From: Candidatus Adlerbacteria bacterium
GTDB lineage: Bacteria; Patescibacteriota; Minisyncoccia; Phycocordibacterales; SBAW01
NCBI GenBank assembly: GCA_028286685.1
Contig: JAQBRA010000005.1
Coordinates: 80,726-144,725 of the forward strand
Length of the DNA stretch: 64,000 nt
Direction of reading: 5' to 3'
The position numbers were made by a program, and so were the translations under genes. The notes under the pieces were generated by a model, which did no database searches, was not told the DNA's origin, and saw only the letters and a list, made by a program, of their open reading frames with translations. Shown piece by piece: positions 46,142-55,637 of this stretch (its first letter is position 1; each line of letters starts with the position of its first letter).

Positions 46142-47692
46142 ATGCAAATGTACGCCGATGACCAAGTATTTGGGCAGTTTTTAGTTGACGCGGGGCTCCT
46201 GTCGCGCTCACAGCTCACGGATTTGAGCCGGAGCGAGGCGCCGCTTTCCAAAACACTGGTCGATTTGGGCATCTTAGGCGAGGACGAAGTGCGCCGCGCC
46301 CAGGCGCATGCGTGGGGCGTGCCGTTTGTCATTATCGAGCCCCATGACATTCCGCTTGAGGTGCTGGCGCTTGTCCCCGAACCGCTTTCCCGCCGGCACG
46401 GTATCGTGGCTTTTGCCGCAGACGAGCGGGGCGTCTCTCTGGCGCTGCTCGACCTCTCTGACTTAGAGGCTGTCCGGGCCCTGGAGGCGGAGGGGCATTT
46501 CGGCGGGCGCCGGGTGGTGCCGCACTTAACGACAAGCGAGAGCATCAAGCGCGCGCTCCTTAAGTATCAGAAGCATCTTAAGGAAAAATTCGGCGAGCTG
46601 TTGTCCGATGGCCGCCATGTTGCCGAAGCGCTCATAAGCCATGCGCTATACAGCAAGGCTGGGGGTGCGCATGTGGACCTCTCGACCCATGGCGCCCTGG
46701 TGCGCTACCAGATAGGCCACGCGCTCCATGAGGCCTTCTCTTTATCCGAGCAGGCGGGCCAAGCGCTCATAGGGCAGCTCAAGACGCTGGCCCGGCTCTT
46801 GCCGGTGGCGCGCCCGCAAACGGGCGCCTTTAAGTTTGAGAAGGACAACGAGATGATGCATATCCATGTATCTACGACGCCGACTGTCAGCGGCGAGCGC
46901 CTGCACGTGCGCTTTGCGCGCGCAGGACGCGGCCAAGAGGGGCATACGCTTGAAGCGCTCGGCTTCCATGGAGAGAATTTGTCGGCTTTGCGCAAAACGC
47001 TGCATCATCGCCGCGGGCTTGTGGCGGTCTCGGGCACCGAAGGGTCGGGCAAAACCGCTCTTTTATATACGCTTTTGGATTTGTTGCAGCATCCCGGCAT
47101 GTCCGTGGCCACCGTAGAGGAGCGGGTGGAGCGCCGGCTGCCGTATGCGGCACAGACCGAGGTGGGGCCGGGGGTCTCGGCGGCGGCGGCGCTGCGCGCG
47201 GCCTTGCGCCAGCACCCGGATATCCTCATGGTAGGCGACGTACGCGACCAGGAAACCTCTTCCCTTATAAGCGCGGCTGCCGCTCGCGGCGTATTTGTCC
47301 TGGCAGGAGCCTTGCAAGAGGACTTTTTGCCGCAAGAGGGCGTGCTGGTGCGCGTGGCCCTGGCGCGCCGGCTTGCTACCAACCAGTTTGTCCACAAGGC
47401 TCCGCTTACGCGCGCGGAGTCAGAGGCGCTTGAGGGGTCCGCTGATTTTAGAAAAGTGTACGAGGCGCTCAAAGATGAGCAGATCATCGACCCGGGCGTT
47501 GCTTGGAAAGATATAGGCTTTGCTCGCCCGACCCCTTCAACGGAGTATCCGGAAGGCTACGACGGCTTCATCGGCCTCCAAGAGGTCGCTGCTCCGGGTT
47601 TTGGAACTTTAAATGTAGCGGAAGATGCCCTTTTCAAGTCGGCGCAAGGACAGACCAGTATCGAGGAGGCTTTGCGCGCCGCAAACGGGTAA
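46142..47692 (+). CDS. GspE/PilB-family secretion ATPase with N-terminal GspE_N-like domain; motifs atypical
   Basis: Walker A GTEGSGKTA. The Walker B-like segment DILMVGDVRD has Asp where Glu is usual. The His-box-like segment is HVSTTPTVSGERLHVRF. There is no C-terminal tetra-Cys motif. Confidence 0.65.
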   Translation: MQMYADDQVFGQFLVDAGLLSRSQLTDLSRSEAPLSKTLVDLGILGEDEVRRAQAHAWGVPFVIIEPHDIPLEVLALVPEPLSRRHGIVAFAADERGVSLALLDLSDLEAVRALEAEGHFGGRRVVPHLTTSESIKRALLKYQKHLKEKFGELLSDGRHVAEALISHALYSKAGGAHVDLSTHGALVRYQIGHALHEAFSLSEQAGQALIGQLKTLARLLPVARPQTGAFKFEKDNEMMHIHVSTTPTVSGERLHVRFARAGRGQEGHTLEALGFHGENLSALRKTLHHRRGLVAVSGTEGSGKTALLYTLLDLLQHPGMSVATVEERVERRLPYAAQTEVGPGVSAAAALRAALRQHPDILMVGDVRDQETSSLISAAAARGVFVLAGALQEDFLPQEGVLVRVALARRLATNQFVHKAPLTRAESEALEGSADFRKVYEALKDEQIIDPGVAWKDIGFARPTPSTEYPEGYDGFIGLQEVAAPGFGTLNVAEDALFKSAQGQTSIEEALRAANG

Positions 47693-47708
47693 ATGATATA
47701 GTTGCTAG

Positions 47709-48470
47709 GTGTCAAAAAAACTTTTTGTAGTCGGAAATTGGAAGATGTACGTCGACTCGGCTGAGTCGGCAAAGAAATTCGCCAGCTCGCTGCGCAAGAA
47801 GTCGCGCTCGTTCGTCGGCGTCGAGGTGTGGCTTGCGCCCGCCTTTCCCTTCATTGCTCCCGTAGCCCTGGCGCTCAAGGGTTCGACTATCAAAGTTGGC
47901 GCGCAGGCCCTATCTGCCTACGCCGATGCGCCGCATACCGGAGAGGTGTCGGCCCGGATGCTTAAGGGCCTTGGCGTTTCATTCGTAATCATCGGCCATT
48001 CCGAGCGTCGCGCGCTCGGCGAGGACGACGAATCAATCCGGGCGCAGCTCGTACAGGCCGGGGAGGCAAAGCTTGCGGCGATATTGTGCGTGGGCGAGCA
48101 TGAGCGCGTAGCGGACGGCTCGCACTTTCAAGAGGTTGCCAACCAGCTCAGTCGCGCGCTCCATGGCATGACGATACCCGCGGGCCGGCTTATGGTGGCC
48201 TACGAGCCCGTATGGGCCATAGGCAAGTCGGCAGCGGAGGCCATGCAGGGCGAAGAGGTAGAGGAGATGGCGATCTTCATACGCAAGATACTCTCCGAGG
48301 CGCTCGGGCGCGAGGCGGCCAACAAGGTGCCGATACTTTACGGCGGCTCGGTAGAAGCGGCAAATGCGCAGGCGCTCATTAAAGAGGGCGGCGTCAGCGG
48401 CCTCTTGGTAGGACACGCGAGCGCTGACGTTGATTCATTTATAGCTATTCTCTCATCATGCAAGAAGTAA
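47709..48470 (+). CDS. tpiA: Triosephosphate isomerase
   Basis: LFVVGNWKM, IIGHSERR and YEPVWAIGKS motifs. GTG start. Confidence 0.85.
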   Translation: MSKKLFVVGNWKMYVDSAESAKKFASSLRKKSRSFVGVEVWLAPAFPFIAPVALALKGSTIKVGAQALSAYADAPHTGEVSARMLKGLGVSFVIIGHSERRALGEDDESIRAQLVQAGEAKLAAILCVGEHERVADGSHFQEVANQLSRALHGMTIPAGRLMVAYEPVWAIGKSAAEAMQGEEVEEMAIFIRKILSEALGREAANKVPILYGGSVEAANAQALIKEGGVSGLLVGHASADVDSFIAILSSCKK

Positions 48471-49576
48471 AATCGGTCAGGGACGCGGATGTTAAAGGTA
48501 AACGCGTCCTGGTGAGTGTCGACTTTAACGTGCCCCTTAAGGACGGCATGATTATGGACGATGCGCGCATTCGTGCCTGCCTGCCCACCTTAGAGTTGTT
48601 GTGCGGCAGGGGAGCAAAGGTGGTCCTTATGACGCACTTGGGCCGCCCGGGCGGCAAGGAGGTTGCTAGCTTGAGTGTGGCGCCGTTGGCGCGCCGCTTG
48701 GGCGAACTGATAAATCAGCGCGTGACCGTGGCGCCCGAGGAAAGCGATCTTATGATGCTGGAGAACCTGCGCTTTGATCCGCGCGAGGAAGAAGGGAGCA
48801 TGGAATTGGCGCAGGAGCTCGCTACTTTCGGCGACCTGTTTGTTAACGAAGCGTTTTCCAACTCGCATCGCAATCATGCCTCTATTGTGGGCGTGGCGAC
48901 GCTCTTGCCGAGCTTTGCGGGCGTACGCCTTATGGAAGAAATGGAAAAGCTGCAGCAAGCGCTTACGCCGCCACCCGGTTCCTTGGCTATTATCGGAGGC
49001 GCTAAATTCGAAACTAAGCAGCCGCTTATTGAAAAATTAATGCCGCACTACGCCCGCATCCTGCTGGGCGGCGCCTTGGCCAACGACGTGATACGCGCGC
49101 GCGGGCTTCCGGTCGGCGCTTCACTCGTATCAAACACTCCCGCGAGCGTGGAGATCGCCAGCAATGATAAATTGGCTGTAGCGACCGATGCCGTTATGGA
49201 GAAAGAAAATAAAGAAGCGCGCACCGGCCTCATTGTCGACGTGCGCGCCGACGAGCGCATCGTGGATGTGGGCCCTGTAACGGCAGCCGCATGGTCGCAG
49301 ATGGCCGAGGATGCGCCCTTTGTGCTTTGGAACGGCCCTCTGGGCATTTACGAGGCCGGCTACACCGAGGCAAGCGATCTGGTTGCCAAGGCCCTTTCGC
49401 GCAGCAACGCGCACGCCGTTGTGGGCGGCGGCGATACGGGTGCCGCGCTTAAGAAATACTCCTTCGACCCGGCTAAAGTATTCCTTTCGACCGGCGGCGG
49501 TGCCATGCTCCAGTTTTTGACCGAGGGCACTCTCCCCGGCATTGAGGCGTTGAAGAATTCCAAACCGGGTATATAG
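48458..49576 (+). CDS. pgk: Phosphoglycerate kinase
   Basis: VDFNVPL...HLGRP...GGAKFETK motifs. It overlaps tpiA by 13 nt. Confidence 0.85.
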   Translation: MQEVKSVRDADVKGKRVLVSVDFNVPLKDGMIMDDARIRACLPTLELLCGRGAKVVLMTHLGRPGGKEVASLSVAPLARRLGELINQRVTVAPEESDLMMLENLRFDPREEEGSMELAQELATFGDLFVNEAFSNSHRNHASIVGVATLLPSFAGVRLMEEMEKLQQALTPPPGSLAIIGGAKFETKQPLIEKLMPHYARILLGGALANDVIRARGLPVGASLVSNTPASVEIASNDKLAVATDAVMEKENKEARTGLIVDVRADERIVDVGPVTAAAWSQMAEDAPFVLWNGPLGIYEAGYTEASDLVAKALSRSNAHAVVGGGDTGAALKKYSFDPAKVFLSTGGGAMLQFLTEGTLPGIEALKNSKPGI

Positions 49577-49595
49577 TAGCGGCAGAGCAGTTGGC

Positions 49596-49781
49596 ATGAA
49601 GGAGGATGCAATGCGTCAGCCGGACGACCCGGGAGTAAACAAGGTAATCAGCAGGAATGTGCCAGCGCGCAGAGAGTACGGAAATTTCGCCCCGCTACTC
49701 TTTGCCGTATTGGTGGCGCTAGCGGCCAGCTTGGCCGCGTTCCAATACGTAACCGGTATCAACGTGGGCTTTAAATTTTGA
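49596..49781 (+). CDS. Small single-TM protein, hypothetical
   Basis: 61 aa with FAPLLFAVLVALAASLAAFQYV. Confidence 0.3.
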   Translation: MKEDAMRQPDDPGVNKVISRNVPARREYGNFAPLLFAVLVALAASLAAFQYVTGINVGFKF

Positions 49782-49822
49782 AGAAGGATGCAAATGGCGG
49801 ACCGATTGGCCCGCCATTTTCC

Positions 49823-50152
49823 TTATATCCCGAGAGTGGTGTCTTTAAGTTTCAGGGGAATGAGATGGATGTGCACGTGCGGAACTTCGGTGCCCACTAT
49901 GCTCAGGCGTACGAAGTCAGCCCCATATTCTTCTTTGAGCGCTGTAGCGTGCTTTTTTGCCGCACGGAAGAGATTGTCCGAGACCGCATCGGGCAGGTCG
50001 ATAAACCAGCGGTGGTGCTCGCGAGGTATAAGGAGCGTGTGCCCGGGCGCTTTGGGGTGCATATCAAGGAAGCCGATGGTCGTGTCGTCTTCATAGGTAA
50101 TCTTGGCCGGTATCTCGCGCGCGATTATTTTGCAAAAAATGCAGTTTTCCAT
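49823..50152 (-). CDS. HIT-family (histidine triad) protein
   Basis: CIFCKI...HVHIHLIP. Confidence 0.75.
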   Translation of the reverse strand: MENCIFCKIIAREIPAKITYEDDTTIGFLDMHPKAPGHTLLIPREHHRWFIDLPDAVSDNLFRAAKKHATALKEEYGADFVRLSIVGTEVPHVHIHLIPLKLKDTTLGI

Positions 50153-50175
50153 ACACCTCAGTATACTAAAGAGTA

Positions 50176-51831
50176 ATGAAAGAGTATCTGGTACGGGACA
50201 GGCTGCACGACAGCCTGCTGGAGCATCTTATGCTCGCGCGCGGGATAGAGGAGTCGGGCTTTGCCGACTTCCTAGAGCCTGACTACGTAGCGCACAGCCA
50301 TGACCCGTTCCTGCTTCCGGGCATGGGGGTCGCGGTAGAGCGGATTATTTCGGCTATTAAGAATGCGGAACCGATATGCGTGTGGAGCGACTATGATGCC
50401 GATGGCGTTCCTGGCGGCGTCATGCTCGCTCATTTTTTCCGCGATATCGGTTTGCAGGTGCGCCACTACATACCGCATCGCCACAAAGAGGGGTACGGGC
50501 TTAATAAGGAAGGCTTGAAGGCACTTGCCGAGCAGGGCATCAAGCTCGTTATTACCTGCGACCTGGGCACGACCGAGGTCGAGCATATTGCCTTTGCGAA
50601 TTCCCTAGGCATCGACGTTATCGTGACGGATCATCACTTAGAGCCCCCGGTACTGCCTGATGCATTAGCGATCATTAATCCGAAACTAAGTAGCAGTAAG
50701 TATCCCTTCGACGGCCTTTGCGGCGCCGGTGTTGCCTGGAAGCTGGTGCAGGGCGTGCTGCTCAAATACCGGCCTGAAAGCTTTCCGGAAGGGAAGGAAA
50801 AGTGGTATCTCGACTTGGTCGGCATCGGTACGCTCTCTGACATGGTCCCCTTGGTGGGGGAGAATCGCATGCTCGCGCAGTTTGGTCTTAAGGTAATGCG
50901 CCGCGGCCGCCGTCCTGGACTTGCCGCGCTGCTTAAGCTTTTGCGCATACAACCGCGCACGCTTACCGAGGACGACATCGGCTTTATGGTCTCCCCGCGC
51001 ATTAATGCCGCTTCACGCATGGATAGTCCGGAAGCTGCGGCCCGGTTGCTGGCGACAGAAAATGTCGAGGAGGCGGGCGAGCTCGCGCGCGAACTCAATA
51101 AGATAAACGACGAGCGCAAGACGCTGGTTGCCAGCACGGTTAAGGAAGTTAACAAGCGCTTGCTGCTTGGCGGGCTCGAGGGTCCGGTCATTGTTATGGG
51201 TAATCCGTCGTGGCGCCCGGGCATTTTGGGCCTGGTCGCTAATAGCTTGGTAGAAGCGCACCAGAAGCCCGCGTTTTTGTGGGGCCGCGAGGGTGGCGAG
51301 CTTTTACGCGGGTCGTGCCGCTCCGACGGCATTGTTAACATTGTCGAGCTTATGCGTGCCGCCGGACCGGTGTTTGAGCACTTCGGCGGACATGCTGCCT
51401 CGGGCGGGTTCGCACTGCACGAGGAGCATGCGCACGAGCTGCCGGCGAAGCTCTCGGCTGCCTATGACTCGCTTAAGTCTGTAGGTGCCGGAGTTAAGAA
51501 AGTAACGGTAGACCGCGAGATGGATCTAAGCGAACTGCCGCATGCGCTCAAAAGCCTCGACCGGTTGGCGCCCTTTGGTATCGCAAACGAGAAGCCGCTG
51601 TTTATATTCCCCAACGCGACCATTGGCGCCATGCGCATGTTCGGCAAGCAGCAGAATCACCTCGACATTGTCTTTCAGGATGACTTTAATAAGGTGGGTG
51701 GCATCGCCTTTTTCTCCACGCCCGACTCATTCCAAAAGCGCCCCCAAGAAGGGGAGCGCGCCGACGTGGTAGGTAATATAGAGAGGGACTGGAAGAACCA
51801 GCCCCGCATCCGCGTTGTCGATATTTTATAG
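50176..51831 (+). CDS. recJ: Single-stranded-DNA-specific exonuclease RecJ (DHH/DHHA1)
   Basis: ICVWSDYDADGV, ITCDLGT and VIVTDHH motifs. Confidence 0.8.
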   Translation: MKEYLVRDRLHDSLLEHLMLARGIEESGFADFLEPDYVAHSHDPFLLPGMGVAVERIISAIKNAEPICVWSDYDADGVPGGVMLAHFFRDIGLQVRHYIPHRHKEGYGLNKEGLKALAEQGIKLVITCDLGTTEVEHIAFANSLGIDVIVTDHHLEPPVLPDALAIINPKLSSSKYPFDGLCGAGVAWKLVQGVLLKYRPESFPEGKEKWYLDLVGIGTLSDMVPLVGENRMLAQFGLKVMRRGRRPGLAALLKLLRIQPRTLTEDDIGFMVSPRINAASRMDSPEAAARLLATENVEEAGELARELNKINDERKTLVASTVKEVNKRLLLGGLEGPVIVMGNPSWRPGILGLVANSLVEAHQKPAFLWGREGGELLRGSCRSDGIVNIVELMRAAGPVFEHFGGHAASGGFALHEEHAHELPAKLSAAYDSLKSVGAGVKKVTVDREMDLSELPHALKSLDRLAPFGIANEKPLFIFPNATIGAMRMFGKQQNHLDIVFQDDFNKVGGIAFFSTPDSFQKRPQEGERADVVGNIERDWKNQPRIRVVDIL

Positions 51832-51894
51832 GTTCGAACTCACGTCCCCAGTCAGTAAAAAGAAAATCCGTACTTCCTGAAAAAGAAGTACGGA

Positions 51895-52419
51895 TTACGT
51901 CAGCTCAAGACGTGAGTGGAATTCGGCACCCATATCGCGGTAAAGGAAAAAGCTTTTCCTGAAATCCGCGTGACCTTTCCAATCTGCAAGTAACTCGCCA
52001 ACTGTTACCACTTTGTACATATGGATGTCTATTGCGGTCGTGGCTGTATCGAGAACGCACGAACTCGCATTTATTCCCATAAGCAGCAACTCGGTGGCCC
52101 CTAGGGTCTGTAGGGTTTCGTGCAGTGCGGAGTCTTGGAAACCGTCGTCGTGACGCCCTTTAATTCTATGGACACGTGGCACCTTTTTTATTTCTTCCTG
52201 CAGCGCTTCAATAGTTGGGCCCCTGCGAGCGTACTCAACAATCACGAGAGGGACATCTTTTTCTGCGCAAGCTCGAATAAGCCTCTTTTGAGCACGTATT
52301 AGGCGAGGAGCGGTAGTCTTTGCGAGATTGCTCACGAACTTTTTTTGCATATGAATGAGTAGTACTGCCAGGGCCCGGTGGGCCGCCAGCTGTACTGGCG
52401 GCTTTCTTTGGCGAGGCAT
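51895..52419 (-). CDS. Isochorismatase-family cysteine hydrolase
   Basis: ALAVLLIHMQKKF (the ALLVIDMQndF equivalent) and a nucleophile Cys in LLMGINASSCV. Confidence 0.65.
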   Translation of the reverse strand: MPRQRKPPVQLAAHRALAVLLIHMQKKFVSNLAKTTAPRLIRAQKRLIRACAEKDVPLVIVEYARRGPTIEALQEEIKKVPRVHRIKGRHDDGFQDSALHETLQTLGATELLLMGINASSCVLDTATTAIDIHMYKVVTVGELLADWKGHADFRKSFFLYRDMGAEFHSRLELT

Positions 52420-52562
52420 TTACTATGCTCCATAGTGCTACTTCACTAGTACACAAAGTAACATGTTTTGTTATAAGCCTATATTTATTCCTTTTGCTGC
52501 AACGATTCCAACATCGTCCCATGCACCTCGTAAATTTAATGTTAGAAGGCGGTCTGCAAAAA

Positions 52563-53249
52563 CTACTCACTGAATTTAAAAGTTGAGAGTATTTTTTCGG
52601 CAATAAGCTTGTACTGCAAGCCTGGATCCAAGGAGAGGCTGTAATACCGGTTATCGCGGGCCACGAGCACAATCTCACAAAAATCCTTTCCTGAGTGTCC
52701 GCACAAGGCGTCGAGATAGCGGGTCGCCGGGAGGCCGTTTAGCTGGAATTGCTGGGCTATGCGAGCTTTGCGGGGATTATACATGGCCTCCTCTTCTTTC
52801 GAGGGGCCGATAATCCAAAAGTTCACTGACGACGGGCCGTCACAACCTACATATTCGCTTGAATAAGCAGAGCGTAAGCGTATCTGCGCTCCATCCATGC
52901 ACTCTGCTATAGCCCAATCGGCTGGGTACTGGACTTCCCAGCCATTTTTATTTTTGTAAGTTTTCCAGCCGTCCGTAGGAATGTTAGAGAGGGCATCAGA
53001 AAAGCCTGCAGGATACGAAATGCCTTCAGTCGCTGCGCTTGCAGGGGGAATGGTAACGGCAATCTGCTGCTTTTGATATTGATACCAAATGCCGAAATGG
53101 AAAGCGCCCCATACCAGGGCAACGAAGAGGATGACGGCGAGAGCCTTGGAATACCAAGTTACTTGGGTATATGTAATGGGGGAACTTGGTTGGGGCTGCG
53201 GAGGCATGCAGGAATTGTACACCTCAAAACCCGGCCAGTTGATAACCAA
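52563..53249 (-). CDS. Membrane-anchored hypothetical protein (lower-GC segment)
   Basis: TM helix ALAVILFVALVWGAFHFGIWY, then a W/Y-rich soluble domain containing Cys. Confidence 0.45.
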   Translation of the reverse strand: MVINWPGFEVYNSCMPPQPQPSSPITYTQVTWYSKALAVILFVALVWGAFHFGIWYQYQKQQIAVTIPPASAATEGISYPAGFSDALSNIPTDGWKTYKNKNGWEVQYPADWAIAECMDGAQIRLRSAYSSEYVGCDGPSSVNFWIIGPSKEEEAMYNPRKARIAQQFQLNGLPATRYLDALCGHSGKDFCEIVLVARDNRYYSLSLDPGLQYKLIAEKILSTFKFSE

Positions 53250-53288
53250 GTTTTTAATTTGGCTAGAACTGCTACAGTTGGGGCACCC

Positions 53289-54263
53289 ATGCCCCCTTCA
53301 GAAAATTCACCCCAAGAAGCGAATCTTGCCTCTATCCCTGCTCCGGTCTCTAATCATAAGAAAATATGGCTGCTTGGCGCCGCAGCGGCGGCATTTCTTT
53401 TAGCGGGGGCCGGAGGCGTATACGGATATGTTTCTTATATGCAGGCTCGTCAAAATAGTGCTTCTTTGGAAAAGCGCGGCGAAGCGTGGAGCACTTCTAC
53501 TATTGCCGCGCAGCTTCCAGGTGCGCCGGCATTTACCGTAAGCTATCCCGCCCACTTTGGAGAGCCTCAGGTGTCTGCCAGTATCGGCACCCAGTCGACT
53601 ATAGACCCTGACAATAACGTCGAAAAGATAGACTTTTACAAGCCCTCGTTGGGGTCGGACGAGACCGGTCGCTTTTTGGGAGGATTCTTCCTCATCGCCC
53701 AATTGGAACCAGGGCAGACTCTCGCGGATTATGCCAATGCCCAATTGCTGCCGACTGCAACTGACAAGCTTCAGTATGACCTTACGGTAGATGGCCGTCC
53801 CGCTATTGCGCAAAAAGTAACTCCATCAAGTCCGATGACTTTGTACTATATAGAATTTAAAGAGGGGCTCGTGCTGAACCTGACCTTTACTCAAAACAGA
53901 TACGAGGTAGATCCGGAAGAAGGCCGCGCCTTGCAGGACAAAATAGTCAAAACAATAAAATTTACAAATCAGGTACAGTCTCCGGTCCTTTCGCCTGAGC
54001 AAGCTGCGGTACGACTTAAAGAAGATATAACGCTCCTGCAGGGGACTTCCGTATCAGTTAGCAAAAGCGAAGGAAAGTACTATCTTTTCCATTCGTCGGA
54101 TGGCAATGGTGGCATAGTGGGTATTGCGAAATTGGAAGATGATAGTCATTTTGCTCTTTTGTGGACGGGGCAAGAGGCTCCTAACTGCTCAACCTTCCCC
54201 CAAGAAATCCCTCTGACTCTCATGGACACGTGTTACCAGGGTAATGATCTCAGGTCTCGATAG
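53289..54263 (+). CDS. Membrane-anchored hypothetical protein (lower-GC segment)
   Basis: An internal ATG at 53289 gives MPPSENSPQ... with a TM helix IWLLGAAAAAFLLAGAGGVYGYV. 324 aa. Confidence 0.45.
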   Translation: MPPSENSPQEANLASIPAPVSNHKKIWLLGAAAAAFLLAGAGGVYGYVSYMQARQNSASLEKRGEAWSTSTIAAQLPGAPAFTVSYPAHFGEPQVSASIGTQSTIDPDNNVEKIDFYKPSLGSDETGRFLGGFFLIAQLEPGQTLADYANAQLLPTATDKLQYDLTVDGRPAIAQKVTPSSPMTLYYIEFKEGLVLNLTFTQNRYEVDPEEGRALQDKIVKTIKFTNQVQSPVLSPEQAAVRLKEDITLLQGTSVSVSKSEGKYYLFHSSDGNGGIVGIAKLEDDSHFALLWTGQEAPNCSTFPQEIPLTLMDTCYQGNDLRSR

Positions 54264-54426
54264 TACTGCTGCGTCTAAATCAACCCTGCGGCTCAACCAT
54301 CGCCCTGTCTTCGATAAGACTTAGGATAGATCACATGCCCGACTCGGGATTGTTGCGCAGGATAAATACTTGCTAACTAAAAAGGGGGATGGGATACTCT
54401 CTGTATTAGGAGCTCATAATTTTTTC

Positions 54427-54834
54427 ATGACAAAGACATTGATTGCAGTAGTAGCGGCGCTCGCGGTTGCTGGTGCAGGTTGGTACTGGTATATGGGGGG
54501 CGAAAAGCCCGACGTAGTTGCAGATGATACGTTCGGCACCTATGCATACTCGTGCGACAACGGCGTCAGGTTTGAGATGACTCTCTTCTCGAATGTTTCT
54601 TCCGTGGCGCTCAAGGCGCAGGGGAGTGCTCCTTTTAGTGAGGTCGTGCTGGAGCAGAAGTCTTCCTCGACATACGCGACGCAGGAGGGCGAGGTCGTGC
54701 TTGTCGGGGATGGGGAAGAGATAAAGCTTACCGTTGGTGCGGCTAACATGACATGCAACCCTGTGCCCAGCGACGACATGGCCCCATTCAACTGGGGCGG
54801 TGCGGGCGAGGGACCTGACGCGAGCGCAAATTAA
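54427..54834 (+). CDS. Small membrane-anchored protein, possibly MliC-like
   Basis: TM helix, then YSCDNGVRFEMTLF...EGEVVLVGDGEEIKLTVGAANMTCNP with two Cys in a beta-like context. Confidence 0.3.
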   Translation: MTKTLIAVVAALAVAGAGWYWYMGGEKPDVVADDTFGTYAYSCDNGVRFEMTLFSNVSSVALKAQGSAPFSEVVLEQKSSSTYATQEGEVVLVGDGEEIKLTVGAANMTCNPVPSDDMAPFNWGGAGEGPDASAN

Positions 54835-54908
54835 AACCTCGACCTATCGCGAGTCTCTGGAGTAGCCGTACTGTCGTACCGGAAACCGTTACGCGCTATA
54901 CTGCGCAC

Positions 54909-55616
54909 ATGCAAGAAATCCTTTTATTTACCGACGGGGCTTCCAAGGGCAATCCGGGCCCGGGCGGATGGGGTGCCGTGGTGGCAGGACACGGCAAGGC
55001 CACAGAGCTGGGTGGCGCCGAGCCGCACACCACCAATAACCGCATGGAGCTGACGGCCGCCCTGCGCGGCCTCCAGCATGCCAAGAGCCTGCCTGCGGGC
55101 CCGCGCGTACTGCGTACCGACTCCTCCTACGTTATAAACGGCATTACTAAGTGGGTGCACGGCTGGCAGAAGAACGGCTGGAAGACGCAGGATAAGAAAG
55201 ACGTGCTCAACAAGGACCTCTGGCAGGATTTGGCAGAAGCGGCCCATGGCCAGCAAGTAGCCTGGGAGTACGTAGGCGGGCACGTGGGCATTGTGGGCAA
55301 CGAGCGCGTCGATACCATCGCCTCCGAGCTGGCGCTGGGAAAGAACGTCGAGCTCTACAAGGGCCCTATCGAAAGCTACGAAATAGACATTGCCAACCTG
55401 GCGCATGATGTCGTTTTAAAAGAAAAGAAGTCGTCCTCGCGCACCAAGTCCGGCATAAAGGCCTTTTCCTATATAAGCGAGGTGGACGGCGTCGTTATGG
55501 TGCACAAGAACTGGCCCGAGTGCGAGAAGCGCGTGCGCGGCCGCCGAGCCCGGTTTAAGAAGGTATATACTCCGCAGGAGGAGGCCGAAGTGGTCGCTAC
55601 CTATTCACGCCCGTAA
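54909..55616 (+). CDS. rnhA: Ribonuclease HI with C-terminal extension
   Basis: FTDGASKGNPGPGGWGAVV, NNRMEL and VGGHVGIVGNERVD motifs, plus about 90 extra C-terminal residues. Confidence 0.75.
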   Translation: MQEILLFTDGASKGNPGPGGWGAVVAGHGKATELGGAEPHTTNNRMELTAALRGLQHAKSLPAGPRVLRTDSSYVINGITKWVHGWQKNGWKTQDKKDVLNKDLWQDLAEAAHGQQVAWEYVGGHVGIVGNERVDTIASELALGKNVELYKGPIESYEIDIANLAHDVVLKEKKSSSRTKSGIKAFSYISEVDGVVMVHKNWPECEKRVRGRRARFKKVYTPQEEAEVVATYSRP

Positions 55617-55637
55617 TTTTAGGCGTACCATAGAGGG

